A DNA stretch of 63,441 bases, the filler included, from Cercozoa sp. M6MM (lineage: Eukaryota > Protista > Endomyxa: Ascetosporea): NCBI GenBank assembly GCA_040357565.1. It is 9 parts of 9 records of this genome, joined end to end, with 100 filler letters (N's around TTAATTAATTAA, not from the genome) between each part and the next. Parts side by side here need not be neighbours in the genome. Positions count along the whole stretch, not along the records: positions 55,507 to 59,977 come from JBDODJ010001131.1; positions 60,078 to 63,441 come from JBDODJ010001489.1; 7 more parts are not named here. One strand, written 5' to 3'. Positions 58,075 through 63,441 of this stretch are shown in pieces. The position numbers were made by a program, and so were the translations under genes. Numbering within the stretch: the first letter of the stretch is position 1; every line of letters begins with the position of its first letter. The notes beneath the pieces were generated by a model that made no database searches, was not told where the DNA came from, and was given only the letters and a program-made list of their open reading frames with translations.

Positions 58075-59807
58075 CACTGTGTGCTTCGTCTTCAGTTGCG
58101 GAATCGGCATTCTGTACCCGGGTGTTCCGATGGATGACATCACTTTTCAGCCTCCTTACGGTACCGGGCCTTTCTTCTAGCCCAGGTGCAGAAGGCAGTT
58201 TGACTGGTAGAGGGCGACGGACCGCCGCTGCTTCTGTCGTTGAATCGCTTCGAGCGCAAGAAACGCGTCGATCTCGCCGTGCGTGCCGTTGCACAGGCTC
58301 GAGAGGGTGTTATTCAGTCTTTACATTCACAGTCTTTACATGTCTGACACGGTGTGCGTGTGTGTGACTGAGTGACCTCTGTATCCAGGCGGAAGCAAGG
58401 CAGTCCTGGCACTGGTGGGCGCACTGGACCGAACGCTGCCTTCGCAGGTGGAGTACTTTGAGGAAGTGCTCGAGCTGGCACGCACTGCTTTCGGCGAGAG
58501 TAACGTCGTCGTGTACGCACAAGATGACGAACAGACTTCTGCACTCGCGTCAGACGCTGTAAATCTGTCGTATTGAGTCATGTGCTATTGTGTGTGTGCA
58601 AACATTGTGTTGACTCAGGAGTGGCCTGTGGTGTCGTTGTGGCTCAACGTGTCACACGAAGTGAAGCTGGCGCTGCTGCAACGATCGCTGTGCGTGCTAT
58701 ACACACCGCCGCGTGAGCACTTTGGTTCCTTCAGCACATCAGTCCAAATCTACTGTCCATTGTATTATCATGTCTACTGTACAGGTATCGTACCGGTAGA
58801 AGCACAAGCAACGGGACGTCCCGTTGTTGCATTTCGCAGTGGCGGTCCTCGTGAGTCGGTCCAGCATGGTACTTTCACACTGACACTTCTCTCATGAGGG
58901 TCACCTACTGTCTGTGGGCAGGTATCACCGGCATGCTGGCTCCATGTGACCCGTCGCAAGATGCCGACACTCTGGAGTACCTCCATTGTTGCCACTGTCT
59001 TTGCTTTGCTATCTATACACACTCCGAACATATGCAGCAAGCAAGCGGAACAGGCTTTTGCCGACGCAACATGCGAACTCGTATCGAAGCTCGCTACAGA
59101 ACGAGATACGGCAGGAAAATTAGTATGTCCATTTGTACTTTTGTCTATTTGTACTTCGTATGTTTGTACCTTAAGTCGATTTGTACTTGGTCTATTTACC
59201 TCGTATATTTGTACCTTGTTTTACTGCATTATGTGAAAGGCGCGGGAACGAGCTGAAACGTTGTTTGGCCGTGAGGCAATGGCGCAGCAGCTGCAGCGAC
59301 TGATTTATTCCGAGCGGCGCGTGCGACGGCTACGTCGTCGCTCGCGTGTCATGCGTTTCGTGCTGCTAATGACAGTGTCATTGGTCACCTTGCTGATTGG
59401 CCACGTGGTCACTTCTGTTGCCAGCGGACACAGTGACACCAGTGGTATCATCGAACAGTGTCCGTACCTCAAGCATGACAACAACCACAACGAAAACACT
59501 GTCGCTGCGAATTCCGAAAAGATTCGTCACTTCGCCGACCTCAGTTTTGACAACGATGTCGTGCGAAATGCCGTCCAGCGGTAGTCGATCGTTTTGCTCT
59601 TTTGTCTTGTTTGTTTTCTAACTGTGACACACTCGCAGAATGCAAAAGGTCGCTGTGTCAGGAGGCACGTTCGACACAACGCCTACCGACAAACACAACG
59701 TTCATTTGCGCACGCTCCTCGATCAGGTAGGCAGCTTGTACATGTGTGTGTGTGTGTGTGTCGGTGTCTATTTCTGTCTGTGTCGGTGTGTGTGCGTGTG
59801 TGTGTCT

Positions 59808-59888
<81 letters not shown>

Positions 59889-59969
59889 CTTGGTATGTCT
59901 TGTCTTTCACGACTCCAGCAACGTCTGTTCGACTATGCACTGGACCCATCGCTCTTCTACTCGACTAAG
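56656..59969 (+). CDS. ALG2: ALG2 alpha-1,3/1,6-mannosyltransferase with an in-frame C-terminal extension, truncated by the contig end
   Basis: RVAFLHPDMGR|GGAERLVVD, VLFYCHFPDML, VANSRFT, LSLNRFERKKRVDLA, LYTPPREHF|GIVPVEA..PVVA.RSGGPRESV. No stop follows the C-terminal TM. Confidence 0.95.
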
Positions 59970-60077
59970 GTTTCGCANNNNNNNNNNNNNNNNNNNNNNN
60001 NNNNNNNNNNNNNNNNNNNNNTTAATTAATTAANNNNNNNNNNNNNNNNNNNNNNNNNNNNNNNNNNNNNNNNNNNN

Positions 60078-60124
<47 letters not shown>

Positions 60125-60139
60125 GTAGGGCTAGGCCTA

Positions 60140-60583
60140 CCAACCGAGGCGACGAGTTCGTCCACAGGCAGTTCGGCCGTGCGAGCAGCGCAGTCGCGTG
60201 CCAGCGCGTCAATCGAGGCGCTTTCGGTGACCACCATTCTCTCAGCGGACACCTTGGTCGTTTGGTTAGACCCATCCGCGCGGACGCCAGACTCTGGCAC
60301 AGGCAGCTGCACGGCAGCCAACAGCGCAGCACTCGACATGACTCCGAGGCCCAGTCTGTGCATATGGGGGGGGGGGGTAAGGTAAAGGNNNNNNNNNNNN
60401 NNNNNNNNNNNNNNNNNNNNNNNNNNNNNNNNNNNNNNNNNNNNNNNNNNNNNNNNNNNNNNNNNNNNNNNNNNNNNNNNNNNNNNNNTGCTGTCGGCCG
60501 GCAGGTTCATGTCGAGTCGCAACTGTCGCGTGTCCAGTCGCACACTCGCCGGGTCGTCTTTTGACCCTGTGGACATCGAATAC

Positions 60584-60620
<37 letters not shown>

Positions 60621-61081
60621 CAATCCCTATACATACCTTTATCCTACGATAGTATATACAGTTATAAAAAAAGCACCAGTCAACGACAGCACATGCAGCA
60701 GCAGAGACTCCTTTCGCTGACGCGCCTGCGGCAAGCACGTCAGGTCGCTGCCACCACAAGGGAGTAGAGGGGGGGGGGGGGGGACAAAAGAGCAGGGGTA
60801 GGTGTACATGGACTCTCCCTCGCGGTCCTGTATGCGCAGAATGATATCGCCGACGCAGAAACCGGCGCGACGTGCTGCACCTTTCGCCTTGTCCACACAG
60901 CCCTATATATATGTATATAAATATATATACATATATATATACATGTCATAGATCTATATAAGCAAAACACAGGCATCAATATCTACATCAAATTATATAA
61001 TTATACCAACATTAAAAGCACTGTCCATATCTGCATAAATGTATTTATATTATCAATAGATATGTATACCTCGATATAAAT

Positions 61082-61112
<31 letters not shown>

Positions 61113-63441
61113 TACATACCAAGATATACACATAAAAAAAATATATATATATCAATATATAATATCAATATGTATATGTATACTATATATACAGATATAG
61201 ATATTTAAGTACCAAGGCAGAGGTAAGTGCGTATCGCAGCTGCTGTTGCGTCGACGCAGAGGCCTCTCGCAGCACCTGCCGCATCAGTCCGACGGCACGC
61301 GCCAGTTTCTTCTTGCTCTTGCTACGGCCCTGTCCGTGACTACTGCACCAAGGGTAGGGGTAGAGGTAGGAGTAGGGGATAGGGGTAGAGGAGAGGATAG
61401 GGTAGGGGTAGGAGTAGAGGATAGGGAGTAAGCTTTGGGGGTAAAGACACACCTGTCATCGTCGGTAGTGCAGCAAGCGCTGCTGTGGTTGCCCGTGTCC
61501 ATGTCATCGTCCTCCTCCTCCTGTGCCTGTGTCTCCTCCGGACCAGCAGCCTCAGGGACAGCACCCTTAGGGACAGGTACCCCAGCAGCAGGTGTCTGTA
61601 GAGGCTGCGCAGGGACAGTCTCCGACTCCTCCGAGACAGGCGGCGGCATGTGCTCACCGATAACCTCGCTGCGGTAACGCTCCGCCGGCGATACGTAGGC
61701 CTCCGTCCTGGGGGGGGCGGGGGGGGGGGGGGATAATGTGGTGAGATAGGGGGTTAAAAGGCCCAAGGTACTCGCCGTAGTTGAACTCGACACGACTGGC
61801 CAGTTGCTCCATCTTCTGTGCCTACGGGGGGGGGGGGTAAAGGGGTGTAGGGGGTAAAGGTNNNNNNNNNNNNNNNNNNNNNNNNNNNNNNNNNNNNNNN
61901 NNNNNNNNNNNNNNNNNNNNNNNNNNNNNNNNNNNNNNNNNNNNNNNNNNNNNNNNNNNNNGGGTAAAGGTGGGGGGGGGGGGTAACTGCTACCCTCGCA
62001 CGGTCCATCCGCATGACAAACGCCAGTGCCACGTCGCCTGAGGGGGGGGGGGGTAAAGAGGGGGGGGGGGGGGGGGGGGGGGGAGGTAAACACGAACCCA
62101 AGTGCGTGGCCATGGAAGCGAGTTCGCGCGGCAGCAGTGCCTGCGCCAGCAGCAACTGCTCCTGCTTTGCTCTGATCGCACCGACACTGACGGTGTGATC
62201 GGTCTGATCGCCAGTCTGATCAACGGTTTGATCGGCGGTTTTATCACGTGCCTCCACAGCACTCAGTTGCTGCTGTAGCTGCTGCAACTCCGCCTCGAAC
62301 GACGTCGCGAATAAGCCTGTCCACAGACACAGACACAGACACAGACACAGACACAGACACACAACACACACACACAGTGACACGTGTCCACTGAGTGACC
62401 ACTGACTGAGCGACTGAGAGGCACGGTGTACGCAGGTTGTGACACAAACCGTCCACCGCGCGTAACAGGTGCGAGATCGACCACAGTCTACCAGGGAGGG
62501 GGATAGGGGAGGTAAGATGGGGGGGGGGGGGTAAAACACTACCGCCGCTCATCATTCCACTTGGCAATGTCGCTCAAGAAGTACAACTGGGGGGGGGGGG
62601 GGTTAGACAGAGGTAAACAGAGGGGTAAACCGGGAGTAAACAGGGGGTAAACAGGGGGGTAAATAGGGGGGTAAACAGTGGGTAAGAACGCTACCGGCAC
62701 GCCACTGGTGTCGGCGACGCGGAGCAGTCGATCGCGCACCTGACGCAGCGCACGCGACTGCTGCAGTTTCGACGACTGCTGCAGTCGCTTCCTACAGCAC
62801 ACAAACACGCACCCTTAAGCATATACCTACACCCTTAACCATAAGCACCCTTAATAATAATCCACCCCCCCTTACCGAGCCTGCTTGATGCGGCGTTTCT
62901 CCTGCGCCGAGCGACTCGGCACATCGTCGGCGGCCAGCTGCGTGTCGCCTGTCTCAACACACCCCCTTAATTTACCAACGCCCCCTTAATCCACACCCAG
63001 CACTTAATCAACAACGCTTCTTTAACATAATCATAGTTAAGGCTGCGTGTTGGTACCGACCTGCCAGGGCGCCACTCGCAGGTGCGGAAACTGCGACTGC
63101 AGGCGCGACAGGACTCCTGGAGGTATAGGGGTATAGGTAGGGGTCAAGGGGGTGAAGGGAGGCGGGTAGGAGGTAGAGGTAGGGGTAGAGGTCCCTAAGG
63201 GGATAGGGGGCTACCTCGCAGGTAGCGCGACACCTCGTTGTGCAGCGCGCTTTCCTTGGCCACCACCTCGGCACGTGCCTACACAGACCGGACATTGATC
63301 CTTCCGTCCACTTGTACCTGGTCCATTTGGACCAGTCCAGATGTAGCCAGTCCATTTGGACCAGTACCCTTGTGGTACAGCATACCTGGAAACGCGCGTC
63401 CTTGGCGTTTACCGGCACGTTCTGGATCACGATCTCCGCAC
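60140..63441 (-). CDS. Internal fragment of a large hypothetical protein with a PDZ-like segment
   Basis: Multi-exon. KGAARRAGFCVGDIILRIQD (60826-60895) matches the PDZ 'A..aGL..GD.Il.I.g' motif; also coiled-coil and acidic/Pro-rich exons. Confidence 0.55.

Overview
Eukaryotic, intron-dense genomic DNA, probably from a protist (inference). The genes I reconstructed use the standard genetic code and canonical GT-AG introns of mostly 45-200 nt. The window is not continuous: nine contigs are joined by an artificial 100-nt linker (N44-TTAATTAATTAA-N44), so the ORF track is mostly exon fragments and microsatellite artefacts. Manual splicing gives about 23 genes. Recognisable ones are VPS13 (5' part), a myristoylated PH-less PKB/AGC kinase, a BMT5/DUF2431 methyltransferase, a TolB/PD40 beta-propeller of the bacterial PD40-amidohydrolase type, a SAT/SSAT GNAT, acyloxyacyl hydrolase, a Rho/Rac GTPase, a large FnIII-like type I membrane protein, mitoribosomal mL53, an Aa_trans transporter, ALG2 and tRNA-Val(TAC). 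The best candidates for novelty are: (i) a nearly intronless ARL13-like pseudo-GTPase carrying four copies of a ~47-aa repeat I do not recognise; (ii) ALG2 running in frame into an extra domain; (iii) a secreted His/Lys/Tyr/Gly-rich protein almost invisible in the ORF track; (iv) a G-U-rich branched RNA structure after mL53; (v) introns each filled with a private minisatellite and strand-biased UG/C tracts; (vi) a solo-LTR-like family with a conserved, foldable core. All assignments are by eye from remembered family motifs; no database search was run.
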